Shown piece after piece: positions 34,188-42,308 of a stretch of DNA of 46,691 bases. This DNA is from an uncultured Actinomycetota bacterium. Its GTDB lineage: Bacteria > Actinomycetota > Nitriliruptoria > Nitriliruptorales > JAHWKO01. The stretch lies in NCBI GenBank assembly GCA_964537235.1, contig CAZHZQ010000002.1, positions 1-46,691 of the forward strand, read 5' to 3'. Below the pieces are notes generated by a model that worked only from the letters and a program-made list of their open reading frames with translations, searched no databases and was not told the DNA's origin. Every line of letters begins with the position of its first letter. Position 1 is the stretch's first letter. A program made the position numbers and the translations under genes.

Positions 34188-36005
34188 ATGAACAGCCAAG
34201 ATCGCCGCGTGCTGGCCCCGTTCCGGCTCCGTACGGTCCGGATGGGGGTCCGGGCGACGCTGCTGATCGTGCCGGGCCTCGCGGCGATCCCGTTCCTTCC
34301 GGGGGCGAGCATCCCCAACCCCGTCGCGTACTGGGTGTTGCTCGGGACGACACTGGCCGGGGTCGCCGGTGTGGCGGCCCTGCCGTGGCAGCGGTTGCTC
34401 CTGCAGCCGACGGGCGAGTGGCTGCTGTACGCCTGGTCGGTCCTCGACATCGGGCTGATCAGCGGGTTCGTGGCGATCACCGGCGGTGGGCACACCCCCT
34501 TCCTGTTGGTCTACGCGCTGACGACCGTGTTCTTCGCCGCCTCCTACCCCCGCCGCGGGCAGTACGCGCTGTTCGCCCTGACGGCGGTCGCGTACATCGT
34601 GGCGGCGAGCCTCGGGGCCGACGGCCTGACCGCGGCGGACGCCGCCGTCGTCGTCACCACCTTGGGAGTCCTCGCCTACATGACCGGGTTCGTCTCCCGT
34701 GAGCTCCTGGCACAAGCCACATCCAGCCAGCGAGCCCGACAGGAGGCGGACCATCGAGCCGAGCTGCTCGCACGTGCAGGCGAGGCGGCGCGGACGATCA
34801 CCTCACTGGATCTCGACGAGGTGCTCGACGCGGTCGTCGACGCGGCCGCCGGCCTGGGGTTCGAAGCGGCGAACATCGACGTCTTCGATCAGGACGACGA
34901 GACCTACCGGGTCGCCCATCCCCGGGGCCTGCCTGCCGACTACGTCGAGGGCACGGTCTACCCCGCCGACCACGGGATGCCGGGTCTCGTGCGCGAAGCC
35001 CGCGAGACCATCACGGTCGACGACTACCGCGGGTACGACAAGGCGATCCCCGTGCTCGCCGCGTCCGGGTTCCGAGCGGTGATCGCCGCGCCGGTCTGGG
35101 TGCAGGGCCATCTGGCCGCGGTGCTCGTCGCCGGCACGCGCGAGGCGCGCCGCATCGGACCGTCCGAGGTGGAGGCGTTCGACCTCCTCGCGGCGCAGGC
35201 CGGACGGGCGCTCGAGAACGCCGCGCAGTTCAACTCGGAACTGCGCACGATCGAGCGGCTCGCCGAACTCGATCGGCTGAAGAGCGATTTCGTCGCGAAC
35301 GCTTCCCACGAGCTCCGTACTCCGCTGACCGTGATCTCCGGGCTGACCCATACCGTGAGCGAGCGCTGGGACCGGCTCGACGCCCAGGACCGACTACAGC
35401 TGTTCCAACGGATCCGAGCCAACGCGATCGCTCTGGAGGAGATCGTCGGGACCCTGCTCGACTTCTCGCGGCTGGAGCGGGGGCGCCTCGAGGCCACCAC
35501 CGAGCCCGTGGACCTGTCCGGCTTGGTGCGCGAGGTGACGGACCGCCTCCGCCCCATGGCCGACGACCACCGGTTCGGGTCGCAGATCGACGACGGGTTG
35601 CGCGTGGTCGCCGACCGTGTCCTCATCGAGCGGGTCGTCGAGAACCTGGTGACGAACGCGTTCACGCACACCCCTCCCGGCACCCGCGTGCTCGTGCGGG
35701 TACGCGGGAGCGGCGATCACGCCGAGGTCGCGGTCGTCGATGACGGTCCGGGGGTCGACGAGCAGGAGCGGGATCACCTCGGCGAACGCTTCTTCCGGGG
35801 CGGGGACGTGCACACCCGGCCGACACGCGGGCTGGGGTTGGGGCTGGCCATGTCCATGGAGATCCTGGATCTGCACGGCAGCCAGCTGGAGGTCGACAGC
35901 GCGCTGGGCGAAGGATCCACGTTCTCGTTCCGGCTGGAGCTGGTGGACCCGATCGGAGTCGAACCGACGACATCCGCCTTGCAAAGACGGCGCTCTGCCA
36001 ACTGA
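34188..36005 (+). CDS. Sensor histidine kinase (polytopic N-terminus, GAF domain, HisKA, HATPase_c)
   Basis: The H-box is FVANASHELRTPLT. The N-box is NLVTNAFTHT, G1 is VVDDGPGV and G2 is GLGLGLAMS. The last roughly 20 codons read through the antisense of tRNA-Ala. No cognate response regulator lies adjacent. Confidence 0.87.
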   Translation: MNSQDRRVLAPFRLRTVRMGVRATLLIVPGLAAIPFLPGASIPNPVAYWVLLGTTLAGVAGVAALPWQRLLLQPTGEWLLYAWSVLDIGLISGFVAITGGGHTPFLLVYALTTVFFAASYPRRGQYALFALTAVAYIVAASLGADGLTAADAAVVVTTLGVLAYMTGFVSRELLAQATSSQRARQEADHRAELLARAGEAARTITSLDLDEVLDAVVDAAAGLGFEAANIDVFDQDDETYRVAHPRGLPADYVEGTVYPADHGMPGLVREARETITVDDYRGYDKAIPVLAASGFRAVIAAPVWVQGHLAAVLVAGTREARRIGPSEVEAFDLLAAQAGRALENAAQFNSELRTIERLAELDRLKSDFVANASHELRTPLTVISGLTHTVSERWDRLDAQDRLQLFQRIRANAIALEEIVGTLLDFSRLERGRLEATTEPVDLSGLVREVTDRLRPMADDHRFGSQIDDGLRVVADRVLIERVVENLVTNAFTHTPPGTRVLVRVRGSGDHAEVAVVDDGPGVDEQERDHLGERFFRGGDVHTRPTRGLGLGLAMSMEILDLHGSQLEVDSALGEGSTFSFRLELVDPIGVEPTTSALQRRRSAN

Positions 36006-36016
36006 GCTACGGGCCC
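35941..36016 (-). tRNA. tRNA-Ala (anticodon UGC), CCA encoded
   Basis: The reverse complement is GGGCCCGTAGCTCAGTTGGCAGAGCGCCGTCTTTGCAAGGCGGATGTCGTCGGTTCGACTCCGATCGGGTCCACCA. It folds as a cloverleaf with a G3:U70 pair, anticodon loop TTTGCAA and T-loop TTCGACT. Confidence 0.92.
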
Positions 36017-36295
36017 GTGAACGCCCGAGGTTACCGCCGATCCGCCGCAGCTCGACGGCGACCGCACGCCGATCGTCGTGTACACGGCGAACCTCGATGA
36101 CGATCTGCGACGACCGGCCGACGACCTCGTCCCCGGTGACGCGGAGCCGGCCGGGTCTCGCTCACCCTCCGTGGTGACTAGCCCAACGGGACCGACCCGT
36201 GGTCACAGAGCGTGTTCAAGGCGGCACATTCCGTGGCCGATACTAGTTCAGGGAGGCCACATCGCCTCCCACCCTCGTTACTCGGGGAGGGTCAC

Positions 36296-36415
36296 ATGGA
36301 ACTGATGCAAGCGATGCTGGACCTGGTCGAGGCGAACCCGGTGGCGGCCTACGCCGTCCTCGGGGTCTTGATCCTCTGGGCGCTGGCGTGGGCGGTCAGG
36401 CTGTCCGCCCACTGA
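36296..36415 (+). CDS. Possible 39-aa membrane peptide
   Basis: The ATG at 36296 is preceded by GGGGAGGG. The product MELMQAMLDLVEANPVAAYAVLGVLILWALAWAVRLSAH is very short, so the call is weak. Confidence 0.35.
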   Translation: MELMQAMLDLVEANPVAAYAVLGVLILWALAWAVRLSAH

Positions 36416-36452
36416 TGCAGCCCGGGGATCCCGTCTCCCGGTGAACCACGCC

Positions 36453-36529
36453 GTCTCCTGGGAGGAGTCGGCGGTGCAGCCGTACCGCGCGCAGCGGTAG
36501 GGTGGCACCGAACGCCGCTCCCAGGAGAC
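36453..36529 (+). promoter_or_regulatory. Perfect 12-bp inverted repeat whose 3' arm contains the thiolase Shine-Dalgarno
   Basis: GTCTCCTGGGAG (36453-36464) pairs with CTCCCAGGAGAC (36518-36529). The ATG lies at 36537. A near copy of the 5' arm (CCGTCTCCCGG) sits at about 36431. Confidence 0.35.
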
Positions 36530-36536
36530 CTCACCC

Positions 36537-37730
36537 ATGCGCGAAGCCGTCATCGTCGAAGCCGTCCGCTCCCCGATGGGTCGGGGCAAACCCGGCGGGC
36601 AGCTCCACAACATCCACCCGGTGGACCTGCTGGCCGAGACCCTGCGCGGCCTCGTCGACCGCGCCGACATCGATCCGGCCGAGGTCGACGACGTGATCTC
36701 CGGCTGTGTGTCGCAGGCCGGTGAGCAGACCTTCAACATCGCACGCAACGCCGTACTGGCCGCCGGATTCCCGGAGTCCGTGCCGGCCACGACGGTCGAT
36801 CGCCAGTGCGGGTCCTCCCAGCAGGCGGCGCACTTCGCCGCCCAGGGCGTCATCGCCGGGGCCTACGACGTCGCCATCGCGTGCGGCGTCGAGTCCATGA
36901 GCCGCGTCCCGATGGGCTCCTCGATGGCCGGGGAGAACCCCTTCGGGTCCAAGATGTTCGAGCGTTACACCGACGGGTTGGTCAGCCAGGGCATCTCGGC
37001 CGAGCTGATCGCCGCGAAGTGGGGCTTCGACCGCGAGCAGTTGGACGGGCTCGCGCTGCGGTCCCACCAGCGTGCGGCGGAGGCCACCGAGGAGGGCCGC
37101 TTCGACAACGAGATCCTCCCGATCAAGGCGCCACAGGAGGACGGCTCGGTCGAGGAGGTCACCACCGACGAGGGCATCCGGCCGGACACCAGCCTCGAGA
37201 AGCTCGCCGGGCTGCCCCCGGCCTTCGAGGACGACCAGATGTCCGAGCGCTTCCCGCAGATCAACTGGGTGATCACCGCCGGAAACTCCTCGCAGATCAC
37301 CGACGGTGCGTCTGCGCTGCTGGTCATGACCCCCGAGAAGGCCGAGCAGCTCGGACTGGAGCCTCGCGCCCGGTTCCACGGCTTCGGGCTCGCCGGGGAC
37401 GATCCCATCATGATGCTCACCGGGGTGATCCCCGCGACCCGCAAGGTCCTGGAGCGCACGGGCCTGTCGATCGACGACATCGACGTGTTCGAGGTCAACG
37501 AGGCGTTCGCCCCGGTCGTGCTGGCCTGGGCCGAGGAGCTCGGCGCCGACCTGGACCTGGTCAACGTCAACGGCGGGGCGATGGCGCTGGGCCACCCCCT
37601 GGGCGCCTCCGGAGCCCGGCTGATGGCCACGCTGGTCAACGCGATGGAGCAGCGCGGTTCGCGGTACGGCCTGCAGACGATGTGCGAGGGCGGCGGCCTG
37701 TCCAACGCCACGATCCTCGAACGCCTGTGA
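36537..37730 (+). CDS. Acetyl-CoA acetyltransferase / thiolase
   Basis: 397 aa. The active-site Cys context is VDRQCGSSQQA. The C-terminal motifs are NVNGGAMALGHPLGASGARL and MCEGGGLSNA. Confidence 0.93.
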   Translation: MREAVIVEAVRSPMGRGKPGGQLHNIHPVDLLAETLRGLVDRADIDPAEVDDVISGCVSQAGEQTFNIARNAVLAAGFPESVPATTVDRQCGSSQQAAHFAAQGVIAGAYDVAIACGVESMSRVPMGSSMAGENPFGSKMFERYTDGLVSQGISAELIAAKWGFDREQLDGLALRSHQRAAEATEEGRFDNEILPIKAPQEDGSVEEVTTDEGIRPDTSLEKLAGLPPAFEDDQMSERFPQINWVITAGNSSQITDGASALLVMTPEKAEQLGLEPRARFHGFGLAGDDPIMMLTGVIPATRKVLERTGLSIDDIDVFEVNEAFAPVVLAWAEELGADLDLVNVNGGAMALGHPLGASGARLMATLVNAMEQRGSRYGLQTMCEGGGLSNATILERL

Positions 37731-37781
37731 CGGCACCGCCCGCGACCAGACCGTGATCCGTCAGCGGTGACGTAGACGACG

Positions 37782-38090
37782 ATGCGCTGGTGGGTCGCCC
37801 TGGGCATCGTCGGGGTCGTCGTCGCGGTCGCCTTCGACCCCAAGTGGGTCCTGGCGCCCCTGCTCGGCTTCGCGGTCTTCCGGGTGGGCATCGCGATGCT
37901 GCGTGGCATGGCCGCGGGCGTCGACGACGACCCGGGTGAGCCCGAGCCGGTCCTGGACCGACCCGAACGGACCCTGTACTGGTGCGAGTACTGCGGCGCC
38001 GAGCTGCTGCTGGTCGTCCGTGGGACGGACAAGCCGCCCCGCCACTGCGGCGAACGGATGCACGAGCGGGTCGAGATCACCCGCGAGTGA
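37782..38090 (+). CDS. Small membrane protein with a C-terminal zinc-ribbon-like motif
   Basis: 102 aa with two N-terminal helices, followed by YWCEYCGAE ... PRHCGERMH. Confidence 0.55.
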   Translation: MRWWVALGIVGVVVAVAFDPKWVLAPLLGFAVFRVGIAMLRGMAAGVDDDPGEPEPVLDRPERTLYWCEYCGAELLLVVRGTDKPPRHCGERMHERVEITRE

Positions 38091-38174
38091 CCATCGAGTG
38101 GCGGTTCAGCTGCAGATACGCAACCCAGCTGCCACTCGACGGGGTCATCGGGGTCAAGCTCGGCGGGTTCGGGG

Positions 38175-38435
38175 CTACAGCTCCCCGGTGTCAGACAGCT
38201 TCTCCGCGCGCTCCCGGACGGTCGCGAAGTCGTTGCGGCCGCCCGGCTTGTCCGGGACCAACCCGTCGGTGGCGTTGAAGCCCCAGGCGTCGTACCGCAC
38301 CGCCACGCGGGAGAAGCGGCGGGACAGATCGCCGTCGCACTCGGGACACGGCCCCGGTTCGTCGGCGCGGTCGTGGGGCAGGATGCGGTCGGTGCGCGCC
38401 CCGCACCCCTCACAGGCGTACTCGTAGACCGGCAT
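38175..38435 (-). CDS. FmdB-family zinc-ribbon putative regulatory protein
   Basis: I chose the ATG at 38433-38435, which has GGGGAG upstream. The product begins MPVYEYACEGCGARTDRI ... CPECDG, the hallmark MPxYEYxCxxCG start with a second CxxC. Confidence 0.8.
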   Translation of the reverse strand: MPVYEYACEGCGARTDRILPHDRADEPGPCPECDGDLSRRFSRVAVRYDAWGFNATDGLVPDKPGGRNDFATVRERAEKLSDTGEL

Positions 38436-38469
38436 CAGGCGATCTCCCCGTTCAAGGTCGGCGGGCGGG

Positions 38470-38572
38470 TTGTCCACAGAATGTGGACAGCGCGTGTGGA
38501 GAACCGGGTCCCACAACGACAACGGTGTGGTTCGTTATCCACAGTCCGTGGACAAGCTGTTGAGAACCACAC
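38470..38572. promoter_or_regulatory. Cluster of DnaA-box-like 9-mers
   Basis: The boxes are TTGTCCACA (38470-38478), CTGTCCACA (rc of 38482-38490), TTCTCCACA (rc of 38495-38503), TTATCCACA (38535-38543) and TTGTCCACG (rc of 38547-38555). Weaker NNAACCACA copies lie at 38526-38534 (rc) and 38563-38571. Confidence 0.5.
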
Positions 38573-38600
38573 CGGTGTGACTCCAGCTCAACGCCACGTC

Positions 38601-38849
38601 TCAACGCCACTGGGTGAGAAACCCGAAACCGGCAGCCATGAAGCCGAACCCGACGAGCAGGGCCCAGTTCGCGGTCCACAGGACGTTCGGGATGTAGTTC
38701 ACGATGATGACCAGCACCCCGACGAGGTTCAGTCCCAGTCCGGTCATCGGGACCCATCGGGGACTCGGTTCCGGTTTCTTCACCGGCCCCGCCGCCTCCT
38801 GCGGCCGGGGTCGACGCTTACCCTTGCGACGGTGCTTGCTCTTCGGCAC
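38601..38849 (-). CDS. crgA: Cell division membrane protein CrgA
   Basis: 82 aa with a GTG start. The basic N-terminus MPKSKHRRKGKRR is followed by two TM helices and a W-containing C-terminus, as in actinobacterial CrgA. It shows synteny with sortase and trpG. Confidence 0.85.
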   Translation of the reverse strand: MPKSKHRRKGKRRPRPQEAAGPVKKPEPSPRWVPMTGLGLNLVGVLVIIVNYIPNVLWTANWALLVGFGFMAAGFGFLTQWR

Positions 38850-38962
38850 GGGACATCCAGGTTCATCGCTCGCGTGTCGATGCTAGCGGCAGGAACGCAA
38901 CGACCCGCCCGGACGTTGGATGAACGCGACCGACGGATCGTCGAACAGGAGAGGGACCGAAC

Positions 38963-39628
38963 GTGAGCCGTGCCGTCCGCGGGATCGGCTGGACGCTGAT
39001 CGCTGCCGGGACCCTGATCCTGCTGTACCTCGGCTACCTGCTCTTCTACACGAACTTCACCACGGGCCAGGCGCAGGGCGATCTCCTCGAGACCTGGCAG
39101 GCCGAGTACGGCGCCCTGCCTGGCGAGGGCGAACAGGCCGCCGGTCCCAGCGACGACCCCGAGGAGGAGGCGCGCCCGGTCGATCCCGGCGAGGCCTACG
39201 CGGTGATGTGGTTCGAGCGCCCCGGCTCCGACGAACCGGTCGTGCACGACGGGCCGCTGTTCGTGGTGGAGGGGGTCACGCTCGACCACCTCAAGCGCGG
39301 CCCGGGCCACTACCCGCAGACTGCGGGACCCGGCCGAGAGGGCAACTTCGCGATCAGCGGTCACCGGACCACGTACGGGGCGCCCTTCTACCATCTCGAC
39401 CAGCTCCGGGAGGGCGACGAGATCCACGTCGTCGACCGACAGCAGCGGGAGTGGGTCTACGTCGTGCAGCGCCAGGAGATCGTGGCTCCCACCGCGCTGT
39501 GGGTGATCGGTGAGGATCCGCTGGACACCGGGGTCCCGACCATGACGCTGACGACGTGCCACCCACGCTTCAGCGCCGCCCAGCGCATGATCGTGTTCGC
39601 GGAACTCCAGGGCGAGGCGGTCGCGTGA
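38963..39628 (+). CDS. Class E sortase
   Basis: 221 aa with an N-terminal TM anchor. The active-site His context is FAISGHRTTYG and the Cys motif is TMTLTTCHP. An AGGAGAGGGA RBS lies upstream of the GTG start. Confidence 0.9.
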   Translation: MSRAVRGIGWTLIAAGTLILLYLGYLLFYTNFTTGQAQGDLLETWQAEYGALPGEGEQAAGPSDDPEEEARPVDPGEAYAVMWFERPGSDEPVVHDGPLFVVEGVTLDHLKRGPGHYPQTAGPGREGNFAISGHRTTYGAPFYHLDQLREGDEIHVVDRQQREWVYVVQRQEIVAPTALWVIGEDPLDTGVPTMTLTTCHPRFSAAQRMIVFAELQGEAVA

Positions 39629-39777
39629 TGGACGAACGTGGCGTCCGGATCGCGATCGCCGTCGTGCTCGGCGCGGCGATCCTGTGGCTGCTGTTCACCA
39701 CCGTGTTCCCCTGGGTCGAGCGCCGCATGGAGGACCCGACCCTCGGGGCGGGCCAGACGCTGACACACGCGGTCTGA
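39628..39777 (+). CDS. Small membrane protein (49 aa) coupled to the sortase gene
   Basis: The ATG at 39628 overlaps the sortase TGA. It has a single helix (IAIAVVLGAAILWLLFTTVFPW). Confidence 0.4.
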   Translation: MDERGVRIAIAVVLGAAILWLLFTTVFPWVERRMEDPTLGAGQTLTHAV

Positions 39778-39802
39778 GGGTGTCCGTCTACAGCGCCTCC
39801 GC

Positions 39803-40873
39803 CTACCGCTCGCGGTCCACGAGGTAGGACGCCAGCGACCGCAGCGTCGACCTCGCGCCGTCCTCGACCGGGAGCTGTTCCAGCTCCTCGACGGCGAGGC
39901 GGACCAGATCGTCGATCTTCTCCTCGGTCGCGGCCAGGCCGCCGGAGTCGACCATCGCACGACGGATCGTCGTGACCGCCGCGTCGTCGACCGAGAGGTC
40001 GCCGAGCAGGGACTCCACGTCCTCGGCCTCCTCCGGAGGGAGCCGCTCGAGGGTGGCGGCGAGCAGCCAGGTCCGTTTGCCCTCCACCAGGTCCGAGACG
40101 GCCGACTTGCCGGTCGTGGCTTCGTCCCCGAAGACGCCGAGGACGTCGTCGCGGAGCTGGAAGGCCTGGCCGAGCGGCACCCCGAAGCGGAAGAGGCCGT
40201 CCGCGAGCTCGCTCCGGCCGGTCGCCAGGACCGCCCCGATCTCCAGCGGTCGAGCCACCGAGTACCGCGCCGACTTCAGGTTCGCGACGTCCAGCGCCCC
40301 GCGCGTCCCCTCCGCCCGGGTGACCGCGGCCGTGACGTCGAGGAACTGTCCGACGGTGACCTCCTCGCGCATCGTGGCGAACACCGCACGGGCTTCCCGG
40401 GCGTGCTGGGTGTCGATGTCCGCCCGGTCGAACAGTTCGTCGGCCCAGACGTGGACGAGGTCACCGAGCAGCAGTGCGGAGGACCTCCCGTAGCGCGCGC
40501 CGTCGCCGTCCCACCCGGCCTCCTCGTGCTGACGGGCGAAGGCCACGTGCGCCGCCGGTTGGCCCCGTCGGTCGGTCGCGTCGTCGATCAGGTCGTCGTG
40601 CAGCAGCGCGCAGGTGTGCACCAGCTCGAGGGCGAGTGCGGGCCCCAGCACCCCTTCCGGGCTCCGGCCGGCGACCTGGTGGCCCAGCAGCAACAGCGTG
40701 GGTCGCAGCCGCTTGCCGCCGGCCGAGAACCGGCGCAGCTCGTCGCCGAGCGGCACCGCGCGCGGGTGGAGGCCGACCAGCCGGTCGTCGAGCTCGTCCA
40801 GCAGGGCGGCCAACGCGGCGTCGACCTGATCACGCAGGGCGACGAGCTCGGAGGGAGGCACGGAGACGTCCAC
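39803..40873 (-). CDS. Polyprenyl diphosphate synthase (GGPP/FPP synthase family)
   Basis: 356 aa. The first Asp-rich motif is LLHDDLIDD and the second is FQLRDDVLG. Confidence 0.92.
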   Translation of the reverse strand: MDVSVPPSELVALRDQVDAALAALLDELDDRLVGLHPRAVPLGDELRRFSAGGKRLRPTLLLLGHQVAGRSPEGVLGPALALELVHTCALLHDDLIDDATDRRGQPAAHVAFARQHEEAGWDGDGARYGRSSALLLGDLVHVWADELFDRADIDTQHAREARAVFATMREEVTVGQFLDVTAAVTRAEGTRGALDVANLKSARYSVARPLEIGAVLATGRSELADGLFRFGVPLGQAFQLRDDVLGVFGDEATTGKSAVSDLVEGKRTWLLAATLERLPPEEAEDVESLLGDLSVDDAAVTTIRRAMVDSGGLAATEEKIDDLVRLAVEELEQLPVEDGARSTLRSLASYLVDRER

Positions 40874-40964
40874 GCTTCGAGTATGGCGCAGACCGGCGGC
40901 GTCGCCGGCGGGAGCGGGCGGGGCGACGGTTAGACTCGCCTCCCGCCATCGAGCAGGAGTCCCC

Positions 40965-42308
40965 TTGGCGCGGTCCCCCCAGGAGGATCACACGGCCCTC
41001 GCGCTGCCCGACCCGCAGAGCGTGGCGCGTCCGTGGTTGGGCAGCTACCCGCCCGGCGTGCCGCCGACCTACCGCTACGCCGAGGTCCCCCTGACACGCT
41101 TCCTGGAGGACGCGGCACGCGACTTCCCGGCAGTTCCGGCCACGTGGTTCGAAGGGGCCACACTCGACTACGAGCAGCTCCGCACGCAGGTCGTCCGTTG
41201 CGCCGCAGGACTGCGGTCGTCCGGGGTGAGCGAGGGTGACCGGGTCGTCCTCGCGTGCCATGACCTGCCAGCACTGCCGATCACCCTGTTCGCCGTCCTG
41301 CGCCTCGGTGCCGTGGTCGTGTTGGTCGACCCCACCTCGGACGACCTCGCGGATGCGCTGCGCACCGCGGACCCGACCGTGGTCGTCGGTGGACGACCGG
41401 TGCTGGACGTCGCCGGCGGCCTGACCGACGCCGAGCTCGTCGCGGTCTGGACCCGCGACTGGTTGACGCCGGGGCGGCGCGCCGTGGTGACCGCACGGCG
41501 ATGGTGGTCGGACCGAGGACAGGAGGGGCGGCCCTTCCGGGATCTGCTCGAGACCGGGGTCGAGGTCCCGCCGGTCCAGGTCTCACCGGGCGCGACGGCG
41601 GTGATCGTCCACGAGCGGGGCGCGCGGGTGGAGCACACGCACGCCAGTCTCGTCGCGGGGGCGTTCCAGGCCAGGCTCTGGGTCCCGGACGTGCAGGCCG
41701 GCAAGGAGCGGGTCCTGCTCGGGGCGCCGGGGACCACCTCCTTCGGGTTGGTCGCGGGCCTCCTCGCGGGCGTGCTGTCGGCAGCCACCCTGGTCCTGCC
41801 TCGCAGCCGGCAGGCCGACGGGCTCCTGGACGCCGCCGCCGGTGCCCGACCCGGGTTGGCGATCCTGGCAGTGGAGTCCGCCGATGAGGTGGCCTCCGAG
41901 GCCGGCGGGCTCGCCTCGCTGCGGGTCGCCCTGGTGGACGGACCCGTCGCCCAGGAACCGGCTCGTCGTTTCGAGGTGCTGGGAGGCGTCCGGCTGCGCC
42001 CCGTCCACACCTCGGGTGCGGCGGGGTTCGCGCTGGCGGCGCCCGTCTACGGGCGGACCGGCCCCGCCGGGGCGATGCTGCCCGTCACGGACACGCTCGC
42101 GGTGGTCGTGGCCGAGGACGACCCCTCCCGGCTCGTGGACGAGGGGGAGGTCGGGCTCCTGGCGCTGCACGGACCACAGCTGTCACCCGGTCTGGTCGAT
42201 CCCCGAGGCTGGCTGCTGACCTCCCAGCGGGCCGTGCGTCATCCCGGCGGATGGGTGGAGCCCGTGACGGCGCGCCCGCGACCCTCGGCGGCGGGGGGTG
42301 TCGCATGA
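40965..42308 (+). CDS. FadD-like adenylate-forming-enzyme homologue with a degenerate AMP-binding P-loop
   Basis: 447 aa with a TTG start. The N-terminus RPWLGSYPPGVPPTYRY parallels the FadD pattern WLNRYPADVP. Where TSGTTGxPKG is expected, the sequence reads AVIVHERGARVEHTHASLVAG. It is shorter than canonical ligases. Its stop overlaps the trpG start. Confidence 0.72.
   Translation: MARSPQEDHTALALPDPQSVARPWLGSYPPGVPPTYRYAEVPLTRFLEDAARDFPAVPATWFEGATLDYEQLRTQVVRCAAGLRSSGVSEGDRVVLACHDLPALPITLFAVLRLGAVVVLVDPTSDDLADALRTADPTVVVGGRPVLDVAGGLTDAELVAVWTRDWLTPGRRAVVTARRWWSDRGQEGRPFRDLLETGVEVPPVQVSPGATAVIVHERGARVEHTHASLVAGAFQARLWVPDVQAGKERVLLGAPGTTSFGLVAGLLAGVLSAATLVLPRSRQADGLLDAAAGARPGLAILAVESADEVASEAGGLASLRVALVDGPVAQEPARRFEVLGGVRLRPVHTSGAAGFALAAPVYGRTGPAGAMLPVTDTLAVVVAEDDPSRLVDEGEVGLLALHGPQLSPGLVDPRGWLLTSQRAVRHPGGWVEPVTARPRPSAAGGVA

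Noticed and set aside
32080-34191. 703-aa plus ORF opposite the two-domain SDR reductase
   Set aside because: It is an antisense shadow. The minus frame carries two Rossmann motifs and YxxxK.
36251-36270. Hairpin GGGAGGC-cacatc-GCCTCCC as an intrinsic terminator
   Set aside because: A perfect 7-bp stem is present, but no U-tract follows on either strand and no gene ends nearby. I left it uncalled.
36017-36295. Possible coding remnant or ncRNA between tRNA-Ala and the small ORF
   Set aside because: Only short stretches show a weak GC3 bias, with no start, stop or structural signature I could support.
36531-38413. 401-aa and 482-aa minus ORFs overlapping the thiolase and downstream genes
   Set aside because: They are antisense or alternative frames without motifs. 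The thiolase frame is unambiguous.
38470-38572. Chromosomal replication origin (oriC)
   Set aside because: No dnaA or dnaN gene flanks it, there is no adjacent A/T-rich unwinding element, and the cluster is short. I reported it instead as a non-origin DnaA-box cluster.
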